Assembly: GCA_051008055.1 (NCBI GenBank)
Contig: JBPCXZ010000312.1
Location: 1 to 62,155 of the forward strand
Source of the DNA: Woeseiaceae bacterium
GTDB lineage: Bacteria > Pseudomonadota > Gammaproteobacteria > Steroidobacterales > Woeseiaceae
Direction: 5' to 3'
DNA length: 62,155 nt
A model generated the notes under the pieces. The model did no database searches. It saw only the letters and a program-made list of their open reading frames with translations, and was not told where the DNA came from. The translations under genes were made by a program, and so were the position numbers. Positions 37,048 to 45,889 of this stretch are shown piece by piece (within the stretch, counting starts at the first letter, position 1; each line of letters opens with the position of its first letter).

Positions 37048-37854
37048 TTACTGTCGGCGCAAGCGCAACCGACTGGGTGGAGCTTCGAAATTCGAGCGAA
37101 ACGGGTTGATGTCGATTCCGCCTCGGCGCTGGTAGCGCGCGTATACCGTCAGCTTTTCCGGGCCGCAGCGCTCGGCGATATCCAAAAACATGCGTTCAAC
37201 ACAAGCCTCGTGAAAGTCGTTGTGTTGGCGAAATGAAACGATGTATCGGAGTAAAGAATCCGGATCTATTTTCGGTCCTTCATAGGTAACCATCACGCTG
37301 CCCAGGTCTGGTTGATCCGTAACCGGACACAAACTACGCAGCACATGTGAATGCAGTGATTCGGCGACACGCCCGTCGCCGCTGTTTAAGAGCGTTGGGT
37401 CGACGTCATAAATGCAGCACTCAGCATCGGTATTGTCGATACAGGTGCCGTCGAATTCAACGATATCGGTGTCATCGCCGCCGGCGTGCAGGCGCAGCTC
37501 AACGACATCGCCTGTACAGTCATTCAGGTCCTTTTCAATCATTTGCCGCAGGCTGACAAGATTATCGACCCGGGTCATTGCATACGATCCCAGGTACAGT
37601 TTCAGCGACTTGGATTCGACCAGAAAGGGTGAGTAGGCCGGGACCAGGATTTCAGCTGAGGCGACCTGCGGGACGCCTGCGGAATTGAGCCAGGTGATCT
37701 CCCAGGCCGTCCAGATATCGCAACCGTTAAACGGGAGTTCATTGCCCAGGCCCAGGACGCCACGGCTATCCGAGCGCGGGATCGCAAATAGCAGGCTCGG
37801 ATCGTATCGATCCGAGTAGTATGTGGCTTTGCCGAGTGGAGTTTCGTTGGTCAT
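37048..37854 (-). CDS. queF: NADPH-dependent 7-cyano-7-deazaguanine (preQ0) reductase, bimodular type
   Basis: 268 aa. The N-terminal LGKATYYSDRYDPSLLFAIPR parallels E. coli QueF ([21 protein letters not shown]). The protein has the catalytic Cys context SLCPVTDQPD and the FRQHNDFHE motif. Confidence 0.88.
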   Translation of the reverse strand: MTNETPLGKATYYSDRYDPSLLFAIPRSDSRGVLGLGNELPFNGCDIWTAWEITWLNSAGVPQVASAEILVPAYSPFLVESKSLKLYLGSYAMTRVDNLVSLRQMIEKDLNDCTGDVVELRLHAGGDDTDIVEFDGTCIDNTDAECCIYDVDPTLLNSGDGRVAESLHSHVLRSLCPVTDQPDLGSVMVTYEGPKIDPDSLLRYIVSFRQHNDFHEACVERMFLDIAERCGPEKLTVYARYQRRGGIDINPFRSNFEAPPSRLRLRRQ

Positions 37855-37926
37855 AGGCAGAGTTTACGAGAATCCTCAGGTACAATACCGGCCTTTTTTG
37901 CCACCCCGGCTCCGACCGGCTGATTC

Positions 37927-38748
37927 ATGTGCCCAGCAGACCAAAACAATAACGAAGAGCGCGGCTATATCATCCCGATAGGCGGCGCCGAAGAAAAGCT
38001 CAACAATCCCGAGATTCTCGATCGATTCATCGAATTATGTGGTGGCGACGAGGCCAGGATCAGTATTATTCCGACCGCATCCGAACTCGAAGACACGGGT
38101 CGAAATTATGAAAAGCTGTTCCGCAAAATCGGCGTAAAACATGCGCAAGTGTTGCCGTTCGAGACTCGCGAGGACTGCGACAACAGCGAGTACCTTGATT
38201 ACATTGAGAAATCGGACGGCATCTTCCTGACCGGCGGCAACCAGCTGCGACTCTCGACCACTCTTGGCGGTACTGCAGTCGCGCAGCTGATCCGCCGCCG
38301 CAATGCGACCGGCATGCACGTTGCCGGCACGTCGGCTGGCGCGGCGTTCGTCCCGGAACACATGATTGCCGGCGGCTACGAAGGTGCGACGCCTAGCCCG
38401 GATCTGGTCACGATGGCGCCTGGGCTGGGCCTGACCAACAAATTCATTATCGACCAGCATTTTCGTCAGCGAGACCGTCTTGGCCGCCTGCTGACCGCTC
38501 TGGCTTACAATCCGTTCGCTGTGGGCATTGGTCTGGACGAGGATACTGCCGCCTTTATCAGCCCGGGAGACGAGTTGGAAGTCGTCGGAAGTGGTGGTAT
38601 TACGGTGATAGATCCCACCGATCTGAGCTATTCTTCTATGGACCAGGCGCGCCGTGGTGAGCCGGTCAGCTTGATTGGGGTCAAGCTGCACATTCTGGTT
38701 GCTGGCGGCCGCTTCGATATTGCGTCGCGAGCGGCTGCGCCTGAATAG
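37927..38748 (+). CDS. cphB: Cyanophycinase (peptidase S51), intracellular type
   Basis: IIPIGGAEEK, FLTGGNQLRL and the catalytic Ser in AGTSAGAA. No signal peptide. Confidence 0.88.
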   Translation: MCPADQNNNEERGYIIPIGGAEEKLNNPEILDRFIELCGGDEARISIIPTASELEDTGRNYEKLFRKIGVKHAQVLPFETREDCDNSEYLDYIEKSDGIFLTGGNQLRLSTTLGGTAVAQLIRRRNATGMHVAGTSAGAAFVPEHMIAGGYEGATPSPDLVTMAPGLGLTNKFIIDQHFRQRDRLGRLLTALAYNPFAVGIGLDEDTAAFISPGDELEVVGSGGITVIDPTDLSYSSMDQARRGEPVSLIGVKLHILVAGGRFDIASRAAAPE

Positions 38749-38799
38749 AAGAGGCAGCACCAGAGTAAGTACAGAATAAAAAGAAAGGCAGGAACAGAA

Positions 38800-41586
38800 A
38801 TGAAGATTGTCAGCACCAACGTCTATGTTGGGCCAAACGTGTACGCGCATTTTCCAGTGGTCCGGCATGTGCTGGATCTTGGAGAACTGGAAAACTGGCC
38901 GACCGGCAAGCTTGGCGAGGACTTCGTGGCGCCATTACTGGACGCCTTGCCGGGCCTGCACGAGCACGGCTGCTCCTATAAAGAACCTGGCGGCTTTGTG
39001 CGCCGCTTGCGCGAAGACGAAGGCACCTGGCTCGGCCATGTCATGGAACACGTAGCCATCGAATTACAAAATGTTGCGGGATCGGCCGTTACATTTGGCC
39101 GAACGCGTTCTATCGAAGGTCAGCCCGGCCACTACAACATGGTCTTTCAGTACAAGGACGTCCCCGTAGGCCGGGAGGCGAGTTCGCTGGCATTGAAGCT
39201 CATCCAGAGTCTGCTACCCAAGAAGCTTCAGTCCGACGATGCGCCCGGTGACGACTGGGATTTTACCGAGGAGCGCGATGACTACATTCGCTACGCGCAA
39301 CGACGTGCATTCGGTCCCAGCACACAATCACTTATTGATGCAGCGGAGGAGCGGGACATTCCCTGGCTGCGCCTAAACGAGTACAGCCTGGTGCAATTTG
39401 GCCACGGCCGTTACCAACATCGAATTCAGGCGACGACCACGGGGCGTACCAGCAATATTGCGGTAGAACTCGCGTCCGACAAGGAAGAGACCAATGGCAT
39501 TCTGCGTGACCTGGGTCTGCCGGTGCCGAACCAACGTCTCGTTCGCCGCCCGCGCGATGCAGTGCGTGCCGCAGAGCGCATCGGCTATCCGGTCGTACTC
39601 AAGCCCTTGTCCGGTAATCACGGTCGCGGTGTTTCGATTAATCTGAAATCGCAATCCGAAGTTGAGACTGCTTTCGAAAAAGCGGCCGAGCACGGACGTA
39701 CCGTTATTGTTGAATCCTTCCTCGAAGGGTTCGATCACCGCTTGTTAGTCGTGAACGGCGAGCTGGTCGCGGCGGCGAAACGTGTGCCGGGTCATGTGGT
39801 AGGTGACGGCAAACACACGATTGAGCAACTTGTGGACATCGTCAACGAGGATCCTCGCCGCGGTGTTGGCCACGAGAAAGTTTTGACGCGGCTGGAGTTT
39901 GATCATCAGGCGGAGCGGCTGCTGGCCAAGCTGGGCTACGACAAGGATACGGTGCCGAAGGAAGACGAAGAGGTCTATCTGCGAACTACCGCGAATCTGT
40001 CGACCGGCGGAACGGCAATTGATGTCACCGACACTATCCATCCGGATAACCGCGAAATGGCGATCCGCGCTATCAAGGCGATCGGGCTGGATATCGGTGG
40101 CGTGGATTTCCTGACTTTCGATATCACCGAGTCGTATCGTGATACCGGCGGTGGTATCTGCGAGGTTAACGCAGGGCCTGGTTTCCGAATGCATGTAGCT
40201 CCCAGCGAAGGCACACCACGTGACGTGTCTGGCCCGGTGATCAACATGCTGTTCCCGCCCGACTCGCCGAGCCGTATTCCGCTCGCCGCTGTAACGGGAA
40301 CCAACGGTAAGACCACGACGTCGCGCATGCTCGCGCACATTCTTAAGATGTCGGGGCTTACGGTGGGTCAGACATCGACGGATGGTGTTTATATTGACGG
40401 CAAGCTGAGCGTGTCGGGTGACATGACCGGCCCCGTATCGGCGCAGATGATCCTGCGCGACCCATCAGTTGACGCCGCGGTGATGGAAGTCGCGCGCGGT
40501 GGCATGCTGCGCAGCGGACTCGGCTTCCAAAAATGCAACGTTGCATGCTGTATCAATGTCTCTGCGGATCATCTTGGACTTCGCGGCATCGACACGTTAG
40601 AGCAGTTAGCCGAAATCAAACGGGTACCTGTGGAAATCGCCGAAGACGCTGCTGTTCTGAACGCCGACGATCCGAACTGCCTGCAAATGGCGGACTACAC
40701 GGATGCGGCGCGACTCTGTTACGTCACGATGAATCCAGCCCATCCCCTGGTGAAGAAACATATCCAGGCAGGGGGCCAGGCATTTGTGCTGGAACAGGGC
40801 ATGAACGGCCACATGATCACGATCTACGACAATGACGGGCACACGCCGCTGGTCTGGACGCACCTGATACCTGCAACCATTGAGGGGCGCGCGATGCACA
40901 ATGTGCAGAACGCCATGTTCGCAGCGGCACTGGCATACAACATGGATATCAGCCTTGAGGACATTCGCCACGGTCTGCGAACCTTCGATTCAACCTTCTT
41001 CCAGGCGCCGGGTCGAACCAATATCTATAACGAGCATCCGTTCAAGGTTATTCTTGATTACGCGCACAATCCTGCTGCCGTCGCAGCTATGTGCGACCTG
41101 GTTGACCGCTTCGAGCCGGAGGGCAAGCGTATCGTCGTGCTGGCAGCGCCTGGAGATCGCCGTGATCAGGATATTCGCGAGATTGCCGGCATCGCGAGTG
41201 GCCACTTTGACCACTTCATATGTCGCCGGGATGACAATACCCGTGGCCGCGGTGATGACGAAGTTGCAGTCATGTTGAAGAACAAGCTGCTGGAAGAGGG
41301 CATTTCGGCCGATCGTATCGAAGTGATACCCGATGAACAGGAGGCAACCAGCCGGGCGCTGGAGATGGCGGAAGCCAACGATTTGGTCCTGGTGCTCGCT
41401 GACAACATCAAGCGCACCTGGAAACAGATCATTTACTTCAATTCCAGCGCGAAAATCGACGAAGCCACCAAGAAAGCGCCAACCGTTGCGGACCTGCCTA
41501 GCCTCGAAGGCTTTGAACTTGATGATCAGCTCGAAATTATCAGCGACGAAAGAGGCGTTCGCATCGCTCGCGAAGAAGGCGACTAG
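38800..41586 (+). CDS. cphA: Cyanophycin synthetase (N, ATP-grasp G and Mur-ligase-like M domains)
   Basis: 928 aa. ATP-grasp region YPVVLKPLSGNHGRGVSINL. M-domain P-loop VTGTNGKTTTSRML. The overall architecture is diagnostic of CphA1. Confidence 0.9.
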   Translation: MKIVSTNVYVGPNVYAHFPVVRHVLDLGELENWPTGKLGEDFVAPLLDALPGLHEHGCSYKEPGGFVRRLREDEGTWLGHVMEHVAIELQNVAGSAVTFGRTRSIEGQPGHYNMVFQYKDVPVGREASSLALKLIQSLLPKKLQSDDAPGDDWDFTEERDDYIRYAQRRAFGPSTQSLIDAAEERDIPWLRLNEYSLVQFGHGRYQHRIQATTTGRTSNIAVELASDKEETNGILRDLGLPVPNQRLVRRPRDAVRAAERIGYPVVLKPLSGNHGRGVSINLKSQSEVETAFEKAAEHGRTVIVESFLEGFDHRLLVVNGELVAAAKRVPGHVVGDGKHTIEQLVDIVNEDPRRGVGHEKVLTRLEFDHQAERLLAKLGYDKDTVPKEDEEVYLRTTANLSTGGTAIDVTDTIHPDNREMAIRAIKAIGLDIGGVDFLTFDITESYRDTGGGICEVNAGPGFRMHVAPSEGTPRDVSGPVINMLFPPDSPSRIPLAAVTGTNGKTTTSRMLAHILKMSGLTVGQTSTDGVYIDGKLSVSGDMTGPVSAQMILRDPSVDAAVMEVARGGMLRSGLGFQKCNVACCINVSADHLGLRGIDTLEQLAEIKRVPVEIAEDAAVLNADDPNCLQMADYTDAARLCYVTMNPAHPLVKKHIQAGGQAFVLEQGMNGHMITIYDNDGHTPLVWTHLIPATIEGRAMHNVQNAMFAAALAYNMDISLEDIRHGLRTFDSTFFQAPGRTNIYNEHPFKVILDYAHNPAAVAAMCDLVDRFEPEGKRIVVLAAPGDRRDQDIREIAGIASGHFDHFICRRDDNTRGRGDDEVAVMLKNKLLEEGISADRIEVIPDEQEATSRALEMAEANDLVLVLADNIKRTWKQIIYFNSSAKIDEATKKAPTVADLPSLEGFELDDQLEIISDERGVRIAREEGD

Positions 41587-43262
41587 TGGAATTTCTGGAC
41601 GCGCGGCGACTGACTGGCCCAAGCCTGCTCGCGGATGTGCCCGGAGCGATTCTCGATGTTGCCTGCGACGCGAAGGAGGCTGAAGCGCTGGTCCCAGTGT
41701 GGACAAAGCATGTTGAACGTATGCTTGAGGATCTTGGCTGGGACGATAGCAACTTAAGCCTGACCTACCTGTCGGCGGGCGTCAGCCTGTTCTTCACGGC
41801 GCCAATCGACGCTTTGTACGCTGCTTCCGAAGTCAACGAATGGGCCTGGGCCGCCAGCGAAGCGGAAATGAACGGCACGCTTGCGCCCGACTACGAAGAG
41901 GCGCTTACTGCCATTCGAGCGGCCATTGCGGAAGAAGCGAATGCAGAGCTGTTGCAGCTGGCAGCCGAAGCGGATGCGAATGACCGTACGTTTCTGTGGG
42001 ATGACGACGAGGCTTCAGTCGGCCTCGGCAAACACTCGAAGACCTGGCCGGTTCGGGAAATACCTGAACTTAGCAAACTGGATTGGTCGCAGTTCGGTGA
42101 CATACCAATCGGACTCGTAACAGGTACGAATGGTAAGACGACGACCGTTCGTCTCGCGACTCACATTATGCGAACTGCAGAACAAAACGTGGGCCTGAGC
42201 TCGACCGACTGGATTGCTGTAAACGACAAGATTCTGGACCGAGGTGACTGGTCCGGACCCGGCGGCGCACGCGCTGTTTTGCGGGAACCGTCAGTTGATG
42301 TTGCCATTCTGGAATCGGCACGCGGTGGCTTGCTGCGTCGTGGTCTGGGCGTTAACGCTGCAGATGTCGCGTTAATCACCAACATCGCTGAAGATCATCT
42401 TGGCGATTTCGGCTCGCAGAATCTCGCAGAGTTAATGGATATCAAATGGATCGTCAGCCGGGCTGTTGTGGGTTGCGGCAAATTGATTCTAAACGCAGAC
42501 GACAAATTGCTCGTCTCGAAGGCGGACAGGTACCCAGGCGACATCATTTGGTTCTCGTTGCATGCAGATAATGAAAGAGTCGAGCAGCACGTCGCTGCGG
42601 GCGGGACTGCTTTCGTACTGGATGAGCCGGACCTGGTGATGCTGGCAGGCGAGTCGCGCGATGTCATTTGCAGTCCATCTGACATAGCCATCACGCTCGA
42701 TGGTGCGGCACGACACAACGTTGCAAATTGCCTGGCGGCCGCTGCGTTAACGATGAGCCTTGGCGCGGACCTGCAGGACGTAAGATCCGGGCTAATGTCG
42801 ATGTCGCAGGACGATAATCCCGGTCGCTGCAATGTCCATGATGTCGATGGCTACAAGGTATTGGTTGACTTTGCGCACAATCCGCATGCGATGCAGGCCT
42901 TGTTCGGCATGGCACAGGCATTGCCCGCCAAGCGTCGTGTGTTGTGCTTTGGTCAGGCCGGGGACCGACCGGACCAGGCGATTCGTGAACTGGCTCGTGA
43001 TGCCTGGGCAATCGGTCTGGACAAAGTCATTGTCTCTGAGCTTGCCGATTACCACCGTGGCCGGGGAGAAGGAGAGGTCTTTGCCATCATCAAGGATGAG
43101 TTGCTTCAGCAGGGAGCCAGTGCTGACCAGGTCGAACACTTCGACGAAGAGACAGAATCATTGGCCGCTGCGATGGAATGGGCCGGTGCCGGCGACCTTG
43201 TGATCATGTTGGCGCTGGGCGGTGCCGCGAAAATTCAGTCGCTGTTGACGCCAGAAACGTAG
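41586..43262 (+). CDS. CphA-like protein lacking the ATP-grasp domain (N-like segment plus Mur-ligase M domain)
   Basis: 558 aa. The GTG start overlaps the cphA TAG stop (TAGTG). P-loop VTGTNGKTTTVRLATHIM. The segment SARGGLLRRGLG parallels VARGGMLRSGLG of cphA. The first roughly 180 aa resemble the CphA N domain (RRLTGPSLLADVPGAILDV versus NVYVGPNVYAHFPVVRHVLDL). No ATP-grasp segment is present. Confidence 0.7.
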   Translation: MEFLDARRLTGPSLLADVPGAILDVACDAKEAEALVPVWTKHVERMLEDLGWDDSNLSLTYLSAGVSLFFTAPIDALYAASEVNEWAWAASEAEMNGTLAPDYEEALTAIRAAIAEEANAELLQLAAEADANDRTFLWDDDEASVGLGKHSKTWPVREIPELSKLDWSQFGDIPIGLVTGTNGKTTTVRLATHIMRTAEQNVGLSSTDWIAVNDKILDRGDWSGPGGARAVLREPSVDVAILESARGGLLRRGLGVNAADVALITNIAEDHLGDFGSQNLAELMDIKWIVSRAVVGCGKLILNADDKLLVSKADRYPGDIIWFSLHADNERVEQHVAAGGTAFVLDEPDLVMLAGESRDVICSPSDIAITLDGAARHNVANCLAAAALTMSLGADLQDVRSGLMSMSQDDNPGRCNVHDVDGYKVLVDFAHNPHAMQALFGMAQALPAKRRVLCFGQAGDRPDQAIRELARDAWAIGLDKVIVSELADYHRGRGEGEVFAIIKDELLQQGASADQVEHFDEETESLAAAMEWAGAGDLVIMLALGGAAKIQSLLTPET

Positions 43263-43278
43263 TCACCCGCAGTCCCGC

Positions 43279-43731
43279 TTACAACAGCGACAGGATGAAA
43301 TCCCAGTGGCGGTCTTCGACCGGCATGATTGACAGCCGATTGCCGCGACGCGTCAGAATCATATCTTCCAATTCAGGGTGTGACTTGATTTCACGTAGCG
43401 AAATGATGCGGTCGAATTTCTTGACGAATTCGACATCGACCAGTATCCAGCGCGGATTTTCTTGCGTACTTTTTGGATCAAAGTAACGCGACGATTCGTC
43501 GAACTGAATTGGATCGGGATACGGCTCACTACAGACCCGGGAAATACCGACGATGCCAGGCTCTTTGCAGTTCGAATAATAAAAAAAGATCTCGTCACCG
43601 ATTCGCATGTCATCGCGCATCATATTGCGTGCCTGGTAGTTGCGAATGCTGTCCCACATCTCGCGACCATCGCGTTGCAGATCGTCGATGCTGTAAACGT
43701 CGGGTTCCGACTTCATTAGCCAGTGATTCAT
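43279..43731 (-). CDS. EVE (PUA-like) domain protein
   Basis: The N-terminus MNHWLMKSEPDVYSIDDL and the length of about 150 aa are characteristic of the EVE domain family. Confidence 0.8.
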   Translation of the reverse strand: MNHWLMKSEPDVYSIDDLQRDGREMWDSIRNYQARNMMRDDMRIGDEIFFYYSNCKEPGIVGISRVCSEPYPDPIQFDESSRYFDPKSTQENPRWILVDVEFVKKFDRIISLREIKSHPELEDMILTRRGNRLSIMPVEDRHWDFILSLL

Positions 43732-43889
43732 GGAGCCAAGTGCCTGATTTCAAAGGGTTGCAGAGTGTAGCATGCAGCACCTGCAGGTGTTGCCAATCGG
43801 CGCTTCGTTGCGGGCAGGGAAAATGCTTGCGGGCTGACGAATGCGCTATGTTAGGATGGCGAAAAATAACAATAAGGGGTCGCAGCCTG

Positions 43890-44564
43890 ATGGCAAACAT
43901 GCTGGCAAATATCTTCGGTTCATCGCCCGTCAAGCCGCTCGAAGAGCACATTGGCCTGGCTTATTCATGTGCAAAGCAACTCAACGAATTTTTCCCCGCG
44001 GCGGTAGCCGGAGACTGGGACAAAGCGCTCAAGTATCGCGGTGAAATTGAACGTCTCGAGCATGAAGCCGACGACCTGAAAAAGGAAATTCGCCTGCGCC
44101 TGCCGAAGAGCCTGTTTATGCCGGTGCCTCGTGAAGACTTGCTCGAACTGCTGTTGGTGCAGGACAAGATCGCGAATCGCACCAAGGATGTGTCAGGCAT
44201 TGTGCTGGGTCGCAAGATGCAGATTCCCTCTTCAATCTCTGCACAGTTTCTTGAATTTGTTGAACGCAACGTTGATGCCGCCAAGCAGGCCCGCAAGAGC
44301 GTGCGCGAACTCGATGAGTTGTTTACGGCAGGTTTTCGTGGTGCTGAAGTCGAGCTTGTATCGGGTCTGATCGAAGAGCTAGACCAAATTGAAACGGACA
44401 CCGACGACAAGCAAGCGGCGCTGCGTGGAGCCTTGTTTGAAATTGAATCAACGCTGAACCCGGTAGATGCGATTTTTATGTACCAGGTCATCGAAACCAC
44501 CGGCGAAATCGCGGATATGGCCGAGCGCGTCGGCCGCCGCCTGGAACTGCTGTTATCTCACTAA
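43890..44564 (+). CDS. PhoU-like DUF47 family phosphate-transport accessory protein
   Basis: Helical 224-aa protein (SPVKPLEEH..., ERLEHEADDLKKEIR) directly upstream of a PiT transporter, the conserved pairing. ATG at 43890, about 10 nt after AAGGGG. The ORF-track version (43473) is an upstream run-on. Confidence 0.75.
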   Translation: MANMLANIFGSSPVKPLEEHIGLAYSCAKQLNEFFPAAVAGDWDKALKYRGEIERLEHEADDLKKEIRLRLPKSLFMPVPREDLLELLLVQDKIANRTKDVSGIVLGRKMQIPSSISAQFLEFVERNVDAAKQARKSVRELDELFTAGFRGAEVELVSGLIEELDQIETDTDDKQAALRGALFEIESTLNPVDAIFMYQVIETTGEIADMAERVGRRLELLLSH

Positions 44565-44611
44565 TATTTTCTGGTTCTCTTTCAGTACCCCGACTTCTTC
44601 GAGGATGATCA

Positions 44612-45871
44612 ATGGAAGCTGAGATTGTTTATATAACCCTGGCCGCGCTGTTCGGTATTTTCATGGCCTGGGGTATCGGTGCCAATGACGTTGCTAATGC
44701 GATGGCTACGTCGGTCGGATCGAAAGCCCTCACCATCAAGCAAGCGATCCTGGTTGCGGCCATATTCGAATTTCTCGGTGCTGTTCTTGCCGGAGGCGAG
44801 GTAACGTCCACCATTCGTAAAGGCATCGTTGATACCGACGGCCTGATGACCATGGACGACGGCGCAAAACTGTTGGTATACGGCATGCTCGCGGCATTGC
44901 TTGCGGCTGGGTCCTGGTTGCTAATCGCGTCGCGCAAGGGTTGGCCAGTGTCGACAACCCACTCGATTGTTGGTGCGATCGTCGGTTTCGCCGCGGTCGG
45001 TATCGGCGTTGACGCTGTGCAGTGGAGCAAAGTCGGCACAATTGTCATGAGTTGGGTGGTTTCGCCGGTGACATCCGGGTTTATCGCTTATCTCATTTAC
45101 CTGACCGTACAAAAGCTGATTCTGCGCCACGAAGATCCACTGGCGATGGCCAAGCGCTATGTGCCGGTCTACATTTTCCTGGCCGCGTTCACGATCACGC
45201 TGGTAACGATCCTCAAAGGCCTGAAACACGTTGGACTAGATATCAGTCTGACAGACAGCTATCTCCTCGCGATCGGCATTGCCGTGGCGATTGCCGTTGT
45301 TGGTGCGTTGTTTATTAACAGAATTCAGCCTGATCCAAAGGCGGAGAAACATCAGCATTTCTATACGGTAGAGCGCGTATTCGGTGTACTTATGATCGTT
45401 ACCGCTTGCGGCATGGCGTTCGCACATGGGTCGAATGACGTTGCCAATGCCATCGGCCCACTAGCGGCTGTCATCAGTGTTGCAACAACCGGCACTATCT
45501 CAGCCAAGGCCGCCGTGCCTGCGTGGGTTTTAATTATCGGCGGTGGGGGCATCGTGGTTGGCCTAGCGACCTTCGGCCGACACGTAATCGCGACCGTTGG
45601 CAAGAAAATCACTCAGCTAACGCCGAGCCGTGGCTTTGCAGCGGAACTGGCGGCCGCGACGACAATTGTTATCGCATCGGGAACCGGTATACCGATTTCC
45701 ACCACGCACACACTGGTGGGTGCGGTGCTGGGTGTTGGTCTGGCACGCGGTATTGAAGCGATTGATCTGCGAGTCGTCGGGCGAATCCTGGTGTCATGGG
45801 TAGTGACGATTCCTGCCGGCGCCTTCCTCTCGATCCTGTTCTTCTTTATATTCAAGTCTGTTCTTCCTTAA
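44612..45871 (+). CDS. pitA: Inorganic phosphate transporter, PiT family
   Basis: Duplicated GANDVANA signature (GANDVANAMATSVG and GSNDVANAIGPL). Polytopic, 419 aa. Confidence 0.9.
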   Translation: MEAEIVYITLAALFGIFMAWGIGANDVANAMATSVGSKALTIKQAILVAAIFEFLGAVLAGGEVTSTIRKGIVDTDGLMTMDDGAKLLVYGMLAALLAAGSWLLIASRKGWPVSTTHSIVGAIVGFAAVGIGVDAVQWSKVGTIVMSWVVSPVTSGFIAYLIYLTVQKLILRHEDPLAMAKRYVPVYIFLAAFTITLVTILKGLKHVGLDISLTDSYLLAIGIAVAIAVVGALFINRIQPDPKAEKHQHFYTVERVFGVLMIVTACGMAFAHGSNDVANAIGPLAAVISVATTGTISAKAAVPAWVLIIGGGGIVVGLATFGRHVIATVGKKITQLTPSRGFAAELAAATTIVIASGTGIPISTTHTLVGAVLGVGLARGIEAIDLRVVGRILVSWVVTIPAGAFLSILFFFIFKSVLP

Positions 45872-45889
45872 TCATTGAGAGTGCTGCTA

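Noticed and set aside
37855-37926. Possible preQ1 riboswitch in the queF leader
   Set aside because: Read on the minus strand, the 72-nt leader shows no compact hairpin followed by an A-rich tail (consensus-like ...CCC..CUA..AAAAAACUA) that I could recognise. Only a short CCGG/CCGG stem is present.
40990-41706. 238-aa minus-strand ORF across the cphA/cphA-like junction
   Set aside because: It is antisense to two strongly supported genes and has an Arg/Ala-rich composition with no domain signature. The long shadow ORFs at 38035-38868, 39745-40338 and 42395-42832 were rejected on the same reasoning.
43473-43889. N-terminal 139-aa extension of the PhoU-like ORF (363-aa track ORF)
   Set aside because: The extension is Arg/Cys/Ser-rich, overlaps the oppositely oriented EVE-domain gene, and lacks a ribosome-binding site. 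A good RBS-ATG pair at 43890 gives the expected DUF47 protein of about 224 aa. Similar run-on extensions were trimmed at 5661, 7906, 32533, 15746, 18873, 34026 and 45875.
43732-43889. Pho box upstream of the PhoU-like/PiT operon
   Set aside because: No tandem CTGTCAT-type 7-bp repeats with 4-bp spacers are visible. Only the unrelated CACCTGCAGGTG palindrome is present, and it is reported separately at low interest.
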